Below, in pieces: positions 35,920-44,740 of a stretch of 64,000 bases of DNA (position 1 is its first letter; each line of letters opens with the position of its first letter). Source of the DNA: an uncultured Bacteroidales bacterium (GTDB taxonomy: Bacteria > Bacteroidota > Bacteroidia > Bacteroidales > VadinHA17); NCBI GenBank assembly GCA_963823065.1, contig CAWGJX010000004.1, positions 192,139 to 256,138 of the forward strand, written 5' to 3'. The position numbers were made by a program, and so were the translations under genes. Under the pieces are notes generated by a model that had not been told where the DNA came from, ran no database searches, and was given only the letters and a program-made list of their open reading frames with translations.

Positions 35920-37383
35920 ATGTCACCTTTCCTTATACTCGGAATTTTCCTCATTTACACAATAGTTTTGTTTTCTGTTACCTGGTTCACTGCAAGGAAA
36001 GCTGACAACCAGTCATTTTTTATCGGGAATAAGGTTTCTCCATGGTTTGTGGTTGCATACGGTATGATAGGCGCTTCTCTCTCGGGAGTGACTTTTATGT
36101 CGGTGCCCGGTTGGGTAAAAGATACCCAGTTCAGCTATATGGTTGTTGTTTTTGGGTATTTGTTTGGTTATCTGGTAATCGCACTTGTCCTTCTTCCAAT
36201 GTATTACAGATTAAAACTTACATCTATTTATGCTTACCTCGGACAAAGGTTCGGATCGTGGTCATATAAAACCGGTGCCGGTTTTTTCATCCTTTCAAGA
36301 ACACTGGGAGCTTCCCTCCGGATGTTTCTTGTTATTAATGTTCTTCAGATTTTTGTATTCGATGCATGGAATGTACCATTTTGGATCAATGTTCTGATAT
36401 TTATTACTTTAATTATATTGTATACCCTGAAAGGAGGGATAAGGACAATTATCTGGACTGACACTTTGCAAACAACGTTTATGTTACTTGCTGTAGTACT
36501 GTCAGTGATTTATATAGGAAAGAATCTTCATCTGCCACTGGTTAAGCTGGTGTCAATAGTCAGGGAGAGTCACTCCTCTCAGATTTTTATCACTGACTGG
36601 CATAATCCGCGATTTTTTGTCAAACAATTTTTCAGCGGAATATTCATCACGATAGCCATGACAGGTCTGGATCAGGAAATGATGCAAAAGAATCTAAGCT
36701 GCAGGAATATTAAGGATGCACAAAAAAATATGTTCACATTCAGCGGTACACTAGTTATTGTAAACCTGCTGTTTCTTTTTCTTGGTGCTATACTGCTGAT
36801 CTTTGTTAAAGACAAAGGACTTACAATTTTATCAAGTGATGATATATTCCCGACAATTGCAATAAGTTATCTTGGCCCGGTTGCAGGCATCGTATTTCTT
36901 ATAGGACTCATTTCAGCGGCGTTCCCCAGTGCCGATGGTGCTATAACCTCACTTACAACATCGGTGAGTATCGATTTCATAGGCCTCGAACAAAGAGCTA
37001 TATCAGAAAAGGCAAAGACCAGGATACGCTATATCGTGCACTTGTCAATAGGTCTGGTATTCTTTGTAAGTGTAATGATGTTCAGTGTTCTGAATGATAA
37101 AGCAGTGATTGACAAGCTTTTCACCATTGCAGGTTATACTTATGGTCCGCTTCTGGGTTTATATTCTTTTGGGTTGTTTACGAAACGAGTTGTAAATGAT
37201 AAAATGACACCGGCTATTGCTATTTTCTCCCCACTTGCATGCTTCTTCCTAAGCAAATATTCAGTAGAATTATTTAATGGATATAAGTTCGGGTTTGAAT
37301 TGCTTCTTCTGAACGGCTTGCTAACCTTTGCAGGTTTATATATTTTCAGCAACCCCCCAACCCCCCTAAAGGGGGGCAATTAG
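35920..37383 (+). CDS. sodium:solute symporter (SSF) family transporter
   Basis: 487-aa polytopic membrane protein with SSF-like blocks (GGIRTIIWTDTLQT, TGLDQEMMQKNLSCRN). The last 9 codons (PPTPLKGGN) and the stop are encoded by a G/C-run hairpin element. Confidence 0.72.
   Translation: MSPFLILGIFLIYTIVLFSVTWFTARKADNQSFFIGNKVSPWFVVAYGMIGASLSGVTFMSVPGWVKDTQFSYMVVVFGYLFGYLVIALVLLPMYYRLKLTSIYAYLGQRFGSWSYKTGAGFFILSRTLGASLRMFLVINVLQIFVFDAWNVPFWINVLIFITLIILYTLKGGIRTIIWTDTLQTTFMLLAVVLSVIYIGKNLHLPLVKLVSIVRESHSSQIFITDWHNPRFFVKQFFSGIFITIAMTGLDQEMMQKNLSCRNIKDAQKNMFTFSGTLVIVNLLFLFLGAILLIFVKDKGLTILSSDDIFPTIAISYLGPVAGIVFLIGLISAAFPSADGAITSLTTSVSIDFIGLEQRAISEKAKTRIRYIVHLSIGLVFFVSVMMFSVLNDKAVIDKLFTIAGYTYGPLLGLYSFGLFTKRVVNDKMTPAIAIFSPLACFFLSKYSVELFNGYKFGFELLLLNGLLTFAGLYIFSNPPTPLKGGN
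37353..37376. repeat. G/C-run hairpin element (CCCCCC-TAAA-GGGGGG preceded by CCCCCCAA)
   Basis: A perfect 6-bp G/C stem at 37361-37376 in an otherwise AT-rich context. It lies at the 3' end of the SSF gene. Confidence 0.6.
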
Positions 37384-37422
37384 ATCCTATGGAGGCATCC
37401 TGCAAAACGAGAGGTATCTCTT

Positions 37423-37459
37423 CTTTGTGACCTTTGTGTCAACCTTTGTGTCCTTTGTG
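37423..37459. repeat. four tandem copies of CTTTGTG at 9/12/9-nt spacing
   Basis: CTTTGTG occurs at 37423, 37432, 37444 and 37453, between two convergent genes. Confidence 0.7.
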
Positions 37460-37477
37460 GTTAATGGATTTCGACCC

Positions 37478-38239
37478 CTATTGCCTTATAATTGAACCGT
37501 CAGTAGTACCCGAATTTTCTTTATTCCCTTCTGTATTATCCTCTGGTTCTTCGGGAGCTGGTTTTTTCATTATTACATTTTTCGTTTTAAACGGAATATT
37601 CCATACCAGAAAATAGTTCACTCCGGCCGTAATAATCTTTGCGGCATTTCCAAATCCTGGTAAATAGATGGGTCTTACATCACTGCCTGAGCCTGAGCTA
37701 ACCAATAACCTCATGCCTATAGACCAACCCATGCTGAAATTCTTAAAAATCTCAGTACGTACACCTGGAGATATTTCAACAAATTGAGCCAGCGCTTTCC
37801 TTGAAGGAATAGAAGATGAAGTAGTACCCCAATACCCTGTTTTATCAAAAAAGGGTACCTTGGAATTAAAACTGCTCAAACCATATCTTAAGCCAATACC
37901 AAACCAATATTTGCCCTGCGATTTGTCGGGCTTCAGGAGGTTAAAGTCCATTCCAAAACGGACAAATTGACCACTACTCATATAAGAGTAATTATATTGA
38001 CTGAATTTGTAATTAGAAGAACCCACAGAAACCACAACAGCTTTCGATTCATCCAGATCGACAGACATATATGCCTCGAGGTTAAGAACATTTTTATTTG
38101 AATAATAAGTAGCCGGCCCTAATACATCTATCCCGATCTTTATTTTAAGAGGGATAGGTATTGTATCCTGGGCATAAACCTGACATACAGTTAGTACCAG
38201 AATACCAATGAGACTAATATTTAATCGTAATGTTCTCAA
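37478..38239 (-). CDS. hypothetical outer-membrane beta-barrel-type protein (possibly DUF6048 family; from memory)
   Basis: Signal peptide, alternating hydrophobic beta-strand pattern with aromatic-rich strands, and a disordered acidic C-terminal tail. Confidence 0.45.
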   Translation of the reverse strand: MRTLRLNISLIGILVLTVCQVYAQDTIPIPLKIKIGIDVLGPATYYSNKNVLNLEAYMSVDLDESKAVVVSVGSSNYKFSQYNYSYMSSGQFVRFGMDFNLLKPDKSQGKYWFGIGLRYGLSSFNSKVPFFDKTGYWGTTSSSIPSRKALAQFVEISPGVRTEIFKNFSMGWSIGMRLLVSSGSGSDVRPIYLPGFGNAAKIITAGVNYFLVWNIPFKTKNVIMKKPAPEEPEDNTEGNKENSGTTDGSIIRQ

Positions 38240-38687
38240 TTTTTAAATTCGTAACGGTCGGGCTATCTATTATAATACTGTCGATTATGTGTTTTGTAAA
38301 TATTGGTAAAGAGTCAAGATGATGATAATAAGTGTAACCGCATTCCTTCGAAATCAGATGTGGATAACTGCTGTAATGGAATTGAATGGTGTCGGTTATT
38401 CCGTCTATTTTAATGACAAATGTCGAGCTTTGGGCAGTGTCATTCAAAGGGATCAGAGCCAGAGCTACATCGGCAACTTTATTATAAATAATTGAATCAC
38501 GATTCAGTCCATAGAGGGAAAGACTATCAGGAGCAAGGATTTTACTGAAAGAAGTATTATATAAGGAAGCTTTCAGATATGATTCTGTTTCATCAAAACA
38601 TGATGCCTGGGCACACGAATATAAAATTATTATTAAACCAGACAGAACAGGAATAAGGCTTCGCGGGACAACTTTTCTCATTTGCAA
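38214..38687 (-). CDS. hypothetical small lipoprotein (possibly DUF6452 family; from memory)
   Basis: Lipobox-like ILYSCAQ. 157 aa. Overlaps the downstream beta-barrel gene by 26 nt. Confidence 0.45.
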   Translation of the reverse strand: MQMRKVVPRSLIPVLSGLIIILYSCAQASCFDETESYLKASLYNTSFSKILAPDSLSLYGLNRDSIIYNKVADVALALIPLNDTAQSSTFVIKIDGITDTIQFHYSSYPHLISKECGYTYYHHLDSLPIFTKHIIDSIIIDSPTVTNLKIENITIKY

Positions 38688-38784
38688 TTTAAAAACTCAA
38701 AATTACAAAAATATTGGTTAACAGCAACCCTTTTGCAGGATGTTGAAAAAGTCCTTTTTAACCGTAAAGTACGCTAAGCCGGAG

Positions 38785-38812
38785 ACCCCCTGGCCGCTAT
38801 GCGGCCGTCCCC
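38785..38812. repeat. G/C-run hairpin element (CCCCCTGGCCGC-TAT-GCGGCCGTCCCC) just downstream of the acyl-CoA synthetase stop
   Basis: 6-bp stem GGCCGC / GCGGCC. It shares the 10-mer CCCCCTGGCC with the element at 46225-46234. Confidence 0.55.
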
Positions 38813-38814
38813 AT

Positions 38815-40659
38815 TTAGAATTTAGGCAGATTCTTAAGAACTCCATTTATCCCGTTTTTAATCCGGATCAGAACATTAGAGTCTTTTTCTCCGTTGAAAT
38901 ATATTTCGTCAATTATTTCCTTGTATTCTTTGGACAGGTAATTTCTTTTAAGCTTCAGGGTAGGGGATAATTCTCCTGTCTGAGGACTCCATTCCTCTGT
39001 TACTAACCTGATTCTCTTTATCTGCTCAAATTCACCAAGTGATTTATTTACTTCTTTAACCTCTTTACTGAATCGTTCGGTTACTTCGGAAAGCTCAATT
39101 AGTTCTCTGTTATCCCTGAACTGGATTTTATGAATTGAGCACCAGTCGTGCAGGAAGGTGAAATTCGGTGAAAGAATGGCACTGGCAAATTTCTGATTTT
39201 CACCGATTACCATTGCCTGCTCTATAAAAAACGATTCTTTTAGCTTGTTCTCAATTACCTGGGGCGCTATATATTTCCCTGCACTGAGTTTAAACATTTC
39301 TTTTTTCCTGTCTGTAATCTTGAGAAATTTTCCATCTTCAATCACACCTATATCTCCGGTATGCAGCCATCCATCACTGTCTATCATTTCTGCAGTCAGA
39401 TCAGGGGCTTTATAATAACCCATCATGACATTGACCCCTTTGCATAAAATTTCACCGTCGTCAGCTATTTTTACTTCACAACCTTCAATAACAGGACCGC
39501 AGGTACCAAACCCGATTTCATCAATTCTGAATGGATTGACTGCAATTACCGGAGAAGTCTCAGTGAGACCATATCCCTGGATTACCGGTATTCCTGCAGC
39601 CCAGAAGATTTTTTCAAGTCTCGATTGAAGAGCAGCGCCGCCTGAAACAAGTACTTGTAGTTCACCACCCAGAGCTTCCTGCCATTTGCTGAAAATCAGT
39701 TTTCTGGCAATCCTGAGACGGAATTTGTAAAACTGTGAATTGTCTCTTAACCTGAATTTAAGTCCGAGATTTACTGCCCAGAAAAAAATCTGTTTTTTTA
39801 GCCATGGAAGATTTCGGCCTTTGCTGATTATGTTATCGTAGATTTTCTCAAGAAGACGTGGAACAGTATTAAAAATGTGAGGTTTAATCTCTTTGACAGT
39901 TTCCGAGACGGTACCCATATTTTCAACATAATAAACACTTATCCCTTTATATTGGAAATGATAGTTTACCATTCTTTCGTATACATGACACAATGGAAGG
40001 AAGCTTATAGCCCTGTGTCCATAACCAAGATGATGAGCCTTAGATGTTGTAATTGCATTCTTCACCAGGTTATTGTGCGACAGCATGACACCCTTTGAAT
40101 TTCCGGTAGTTCCGGATGTATAAATTATGGTAACGAGATCTTCCGGTTTAATACTTTCTTTTATTTTCTCAACTTCTTCACGAAATTTGTCAGCATTCTT
40201 TCTGCCTGCTTCTAAAATTTCCTCAAATGGTTTCAACTCATCAACTGGATCGAAAGAATAAATTTCCCTGAGTCCGTGAATCTTATTGGCAATGGGCTTT
40301 ACCTTGTTATAGATAGTTTTATTGCCGAGGATAATTACTTTGACATCAGAATGTTCTAAAATATATTCATACTCATCGGTCCCGATTGTCGGATATATAG
40401 GTACATGAATAATCCCAATCTGTGCAATCCCCATATCAACAAAATTCCATTCAGGTTTATTCCCACTTATAGTTGCAATTTTATCTCCCGTTTTATAGCC
40501 AAGTGAAAGAAGTCCATAACTGACGAGGTTCACATAATTGCTTACTTCCTCGGTCGAGTATGTTATCCATGCTTTGTCTTTTTTTCCGGCATACATATCC
40601 TTACGCGGATATTTCTCAAGATTCCACTGAATTATGTCAAAGGTCCTTCTAACTTCCAT
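38815..40659 (-). CDS. long-chain-fatty-acid--CoA ligase (AMP-binding family)
   Basis: AMP-binding signature IIYTSGTTGNSKGVMLSHNN, plus GYGLTETS and a C-terminal TGDIG...DRKKEMFKLSAGKYIAP block; 614 aa. Confidence 0.85.
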   Translation of the reverse strand: MEVRRTFDIIQWNLEKYPRKDMYAGKKDKAWITYSTEEVSNYVNLVSYGLLSLGYKTGDKIATISGNKPEWNFVDMGIAQIGIIHVPIYPTIGTDEYEYILEHSDVKVIILGNKTIYNKVKPIANKIHGLREIYSFDPVDELKPFEEILEAGRKNADKFREEVEKIKESIKPEDLVTIIYTSGTTGNSKGVMLSHNNLVKNAITTSKAHHLGYGHRAISFLPLCHVYERMVNYHFQYKGISVYYVENMGTVSETVKEIKPHIFNTVPRLLEKIYDNIISKGRNLPWLKKQIFFWAVNLGLKFRLRDNSQFYKFRLRIARKLIFSKWQEALGGELQVLVSGGAALQSRLEKIFWAAGIPVIQGYGLTETSPVIAVNPFRIDEIGFGTCGPVIEGCEVKIADDGEILCKGVNVMMGYYKAPDLTAEMIDSDGWLHTGDIGVIEDGKFLKITDRKKEMFKLSAGKYIAPQVIENKLKESFFIEQAMVIGENQKFASAILSPNFTFLHDWCSIHKIQFRDNRELIELSEVTERFSKEVKEVNKSLGEFEQIKRIRLVTEEWSPQTGELSPTLKLKRNYLSKEYKEIIDEIYFNGEKDSNVLIRIKNGINGVLKNLPKF

Positions 40660-40855
40660 AGTTATTTACGAATTGAGTGTTTATCGATCTTTACATACAA
40701 ATCAATCAGGCAACAAGTCTAATGATAATTTTCGAACAAATATTAATGCGAATGCAATCTAAAACTAAATATGTATGTAAGTAGCATATAATCAGTATAT
40801 TATTAAAATATGTTTTATAATATATTTCGAATAGGTAAATATAAATGTATTAATT

Positions 40856-40931
40856 GTAGGGCCACGCCATGGCGTGGCTCTACAATTTACACCATATAAT
40901 AAAGTAGGGTCATGCCATGGCATGACCCTAC
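40856..40931. repeat. doublet of 28-nt REP-like palindromes beginning with GTAG, downstream of alaS
   Basis: GTAGGGCCACGCCATGGCGTGGCTCTAC (40856-40883; imperfect) and GTAGGGTCATGCCATGGCATGACCCTAC (40904-40931; a perfect palindrome centred on CCATGG). Both are followed by AATT. Confidence 0.8.
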
Positions 40932-40945
40932 AATTAACAATTAAT

Positions 40946-43573
40946 TCACGATTTTAGAATGAATTCGGCTGCTTTCGCAATGGCATTTGTTATCCCATTC
41001 GGATTTTTGCCTCCTGCCGTAGCCAGAAATGGCTGACCACCACCTCCTCCATTAATTTCGCCCGAAATTTCCTTAATTATGCTTACAGCATTGATGTTTT
41101 TCCCTTTGATAAGATCATCGGTGACAGTAACCAGGATATTGGCTTTACCAGCGTTTTTAGAACCAATGACCATTACTGTATTCTCCGAAGAGTTTCTGAT
41201 CTGGTAAGCGACATTTTTCAATATCTCGGTTGAATCGGAATCAATAACTCCCGACACAAAATTTATGTTATTGATTTTTGTCCCTTTCTCTATTATCTCT
41301 CTTACCATTGCAGTTGTGGACTGAATCTGAAATTTTTCAACACTTTTCCTGAGCGTTTTATTTTCAGTCAGTAGTTTTTCTATACTTTCGGATATGCTGC
41401 CTTTACTATCCAGAAGCGATGCAATTTCATCGTTAATCTTTAATTTTTCATTAATATACTCCTCCGCGTTTGAAGCAGTTAATGCTTCAATTCTTCTTAT
41501 CCCGGCAGCAATTGCACTTTCAGACACAATTTTCACAATCCCGATGTTCCCGGTTGATTGTACATGTGTACCACCGCAGAGTTCTATTGATTTTCCAAAT
41601 TGAACAACGCGTACAAGATCACCGTATTTTTCACCAAAAAGTGCCATTGCACCCATTTTTTTGGCATTGTCCATTGAAACCTCGGTAATCTTACCTGTAT
41701 TATTTTCCCGTACCATCAGGTTTACCAGAGCTTCAACCTTTGATAATTCTTCCTTGCTCATTTTAGCGAAATGACTAAAGTCGAAACGCAGCCGATCGGG
41801 AGTTACAAGAGAGCCTTTTTGTTCAACATGTTTGCCAAGTACTGAACGTAATGCAAAATGAATAAGATGAGTAGCTGTATGGTTATTAGCTGTCATCTGA
41901 CGTTTTTCACTATCAACGCTTGCCCTGAATTGAACTGATAAGCCGGTTGGCAATTTGTCTGAAAAATGAATAACCAGATTATTTTCTTTAATAGTGTCTG
42001 TAATGTAAATCTTTTCGTTCTCTGACTCTAAATAGCCTGTGTCACCAACCTGACCACCCGATTCAGCATAAAAGGGGGTTTTATCAAAAACAAGTTGAAA
42101 AATTTCCTTGCCTTTATTCTTAACTTTTCGATATTTTGAAATGTATACCTTATCCTCTGTCTTGTGATAACCGGTAAATTCGGTGCCCTCTATTTCCTTA
42201 AGAATCGTCCAGTCAGCTGCCTCAACAGATGCATCTTCTCTTGAGCGGACTTTCTGATTTTTCATCTCCTCTTCAAATCCCTTCATGTCGAGATTCATAT
42301 CATTCTCTTTAAGAATTAGCTGGGTGAGGTCAACGGGAAATCCAAAAGTATCATACATCTCAAAAGCTACTTTCCCGGGAAGTAAATTCTTTTTGGAATT
42401 TCTTAGATCGGCAATCATTTTTTCAATCATTTTTAAGCCCTTCCCAAGTGTTTTCAGAAAGGCAGTTTCCTCTTCAAAAATGATTTTAGCAATTTGTTCT
42501 TTACCTGACTGAAGTTCAGGGTACTGATTCCCCATAGTTGAGGCGAGGACAGGCACCAGTTTGTACATAAAAGGTTCCTCAATGCCTAAATTATTATATC
42601 CATATCTTACTGCACGACGAAGGATCCTTCTTATTACATAACCTGCTTTATTATTAGTGGGAAGTTGTCCATCAGCAATGGAAAAGGAGACTGCTCTTAC
42701 ATGATCAGCCACCACCCGAAGAGCAATATCCCATTTTTCGTTTATTCCATAAGCCTTGCCTGTAATCTCTGATATTTTACTTATAATATCCTGAAAAATA
42801 TCCGTTTCGTAATTTGATTTCTTGCCCTGAACAATCATACAGAGCCTTTCAAACCCCATTCCTGTATCTACATGTCTTGCAGGAAGTTGTTCAAGTATTC
42901 CGTCAGTACGCCGGTTATATTGTATGAAAACAAGGTTCCATATTTCAATTACCTGGGGGTGACCTTTATTTACAAGGTCTTTTCCAGGAATCTTTTTTCT
43001 TTCAGCATCGTCACGTATATCCACATGAATTTCCGAACATGGTCCGCAGGGCCCGGTTTCACCCATTTCCCAGAAATTATCTTTTTTCGAACCATCAAGA
43101 ATCCTGCCTTCAGGGTGTGCAAAACATTTTTCCCAGATCTCAAATGCTTCATTATCACGGGGTACTTTGTCTTCCTTGCTTCCTTCAAATATTGTTGTAT
43201 ACAGACGATCCTGCGGAATCCCGAGTTTATTTACCAGCAATTCCCAACTCCATTCAATCGCTTCTTTTTTAAAATAATCGCCGAACGACCAGTTACCCAG
43301 CATCTCAAACATAGTATGGTGATAAGTATCGTGCCCGACTTCTTCGAGATCATTATGTTTACCCGATACTCTTAAACATTTCTGAGAGTTTGCAACTCTC
43401 TTGTTCACCGCCAGTCGGTTTCCAAGGAAAATATCTTTGAATTGATTCATCCCGGCATTGGTGAACATCAGAGTAGGGTCATTTTTGATTACCATGGGAG
43501 CTGAAGGCACAATCAGATGACCTTTAGATTCAAAAAAATCGAAAAACAATTGCCTCAGTTCCTGCGCCTTCAT
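40946..43573 (-). CDS. alaS: alanine--tRNA ligase
   Basis: 875 aa. N-terminal FFDFFESKGH..VPSAP, class II core, editing-domain motif HTATHL and a C-terminal DHHA1-type domain. Confidence 0.95.
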   Translation of the reverse strand: MKAQELRQLFFDFFESKGHLIVPSAPMVIKNDPTLMFTNAGMNQFKDIFLGNRLAVNKRVANSQKCLRVSGKHNDLEEVGHDTYHHTMFEMLGNWSFGDYFKKEAIEWSWELLVNKLGIPQDRLYTTIFEGSKEDKVPRDNEAFEIWEKCFAHPEGRILDGSKKDNFWEMGETGPCGPCSEIHVDIRDDAERKKIPGKDLVNKGHPQVIEIWNLVFIQYNRRTDGILEQLPARHVDTGMGFERLCMIVQGKKSNYETDIFQDIISKISEITGKAYGINEKWDIALRVVADHVRAVSFSIADGQLPTNNKAGYVIRRILRRAVRYGYNNLGIEEPFMYKLVPVLASTMGNQYPELQSGKEQIAKIIFEEETAFLKTLGKGLKMIEKMIADLRNSKKNLLPGKVAFEMYDTFGFPVDLTQLILKENDMNLDMKGFEEEMKNQKVRSREDASVEAADWTILKEIEGTEFTGYHKTEDKVYISKYRKVKNKGKEIFQLVFDKTPFYAESGGQVGDTGYLESENEKIYITDTIKENNLVIHFSDKLPTGLSVQFRASVDSEKRQMTANNHTATHLIHFALRSVLGKHVEQKGSLVTPDRLRFDFSHFAKMSKEELSKVEALVNLMVRENNTGKITEVSMDNAKKMGAMALFGEKYGDLVRVVQFGKSIELCGGTHVQSTGNIGIVKIVSESAIAAGIRRIEALTASNAEEYINEKLKINDEIASLLDSKGSISESIEKLLTENKTLRKSVEKFQIQSTTAMVREIIEKGTKINNINFVSGVIDSDSTEILKNVAYQIRNSSENTVMVIGSKNAGKANILVTVTDDLIKGKNINAVSIIKEISGEINGGGGGQPFLATAGGKNPNGITNAIAKAAEFILKS

Positions 43574-43639
43574 CTTATTTAGAATTGTGTTAAATAAATA
43601 TTAGTCAAATTTTAGCTTGTAAAATTAATTTTTTTGGTT

Positions 43640-43647
43640 TAGATTTG
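43640..43647 (+). promoter_or_regulatory. candidate -7 box TAGATTTG upstream of the first M23 peptidase gene
   Basis: Exact TAnnTTTG match, 37 nt before the TTG start at 43685. Confidence 0.35.
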
Positions 43648-43684
43648 TCAAATAGCGTAATATATTTTAAATAACCTCTACCTG

Positions 43685-44653
43685 TTGTTACGGAGCCGGA
43701 AATACATTCTCGACTTATCTGATCTGCAATATAAGCAAGTCAGGCTGCCATGGAAAAAGAAGCTGCTACAGTTTCTATTATGGTTCGCCGGATCACTTGC
43801 TCTTGCATTCATGTACGGATCATTTATCAGCAATATTTTCGGATCACCAAAAGAAAGAATGCTCACTCAGCAAATAGAAAATCTCAAACTTCAATATACA
43901 CTTATTGGCAGGGAACTTGATAATTCCCTCGAGTCTCTGAATAGTTTCAGACTCTCTGATGACAAACGCTACAGACCGATTCTTCATATGGAGACTGTTC
44001 CTGAAACTTACAGGAAAGCAGGATTTGGAGGGGTCGACAGGTATAGTGATCTCGCTGGATATCGGAACTCGGATTTGCTCATTGAATATAAAAGCAAAAT
44101 AGATGAGATAAAAAGCATGTCTACAGTGCAGAAAGAGTCCTTTAAAACATTATCTGAACGAAGTTTAGAATGGCGGAGAGAAATAGATCATTTCCCGGGT
44201 ATTAGTCCGGTAAATATTAAGTTCAGACTTGGCGACGGATATAAGTGGCGTCCAATTCATCCTGTTTTAGGAACGGCACGAATGCATAATGGTCAGGATT
44301 TTGAGGTTCCATACGGTACTGAAGTATATGCTACGGGTGATGGTACAATCGTGGAATCAGGATGGAATTCAGGAGGTTTTGGAAATTGCATTGTAATAGA
44401 TCACGGTTATGGTTTTCAAACTGTCTATGGTCATCTCAGCGACATTAAAGTGACCAGAGGACAGAATGTAAAGCGTGGTGATCTGATAGGAATAAGCGGA
44501 AGCACAGGCTTATCTTCAGGCCCTCATCTTCATTACCAGGTTGAGGAGTTTGGAAAACATGAGAACCCGGTCAATTTTTTTAATAATGATGTGAGTGCCG
44601 ATGAATACAATGATATGATTCAGGCTTTTGCATCAAGAGCAAAATTAAGATAA
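43685..44653 (+). CDS. M23-family (LytM-domain) metallopeptidase with an N-terminal TM anchor and coiled coil
   Basis: HNGQDF...HLHYQV LytM motifs. A TTG start is inferred because the N-terminus aligns with the paralog at 44741 and a stop lies 27 nt upstream in frame. Confidence 0.85.
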   Translation: MLRSRKYILDLSDLQYKQVRLPWKKKLLQFLLWFAGSLALAFMYGSFISNIFGSPKERMLTQQIENLKLQYTLIGRELDNSLESLNSFRLSDDKRYRPILHMETVPETYRKAGFGGVDRYSDLAGYRNSDLLIEYKSKIDEIKSMSTVQKESFKTLSERSLEWRREIDHFPGISPVNIKFRLGDGYKWRPIHPVLGTARMHNGQDFEVPYGTEVYATGDGTIVESGWNSGGFGNCIVIDHGYGFQTVYGHLSDIKVTRGQNVKRGDLIGISGSTGLSSGPHLHYQVEEFGKHENPVNFFNNDVSADEYNDMIQAFASRAKLR

Positions 44654-44725
44654 CATTCTCCCTTAATTAGTTTGTTAATATCGTATTCAAAGATGATATG
44701 AATTTCTTATTTTTTAAGAATTGAT

Positions 44726-44733
44726 TATCTTTG
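44726..44733 (+). promoter_or_regulatory. candidate -7 box TATCTTTG 7 nt before the ATG of the second M23 peptidase gene
   Basis: Exact TAnnTTTG match; the ATG is at 44741. Confidence 0.4.
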
Positions 44734-44740
44734 ACGCATT

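Noticed and set aside
37396-38730. 12-nt inverted match CATCCTGCAAAA (37396-37407) / TTTTGCAGGATG (38719-38730) flanking the lipoprotein/beta-barrel pair, as possible terminal inverted repeats
   Set aside because: The match does not extend on either side. On the order of a hundred 12-mer inverted matches are expected by chance among all position pairs in 64 kb, so I do not treat it as evidence for a mobile cassette.
40856-40931. Possible CRISPR array
   Set aside because: There are only two repeat copies, the 20-nt spacer is AT-rich filler, the repeats are full palindromes, and no cas genes are in the window.
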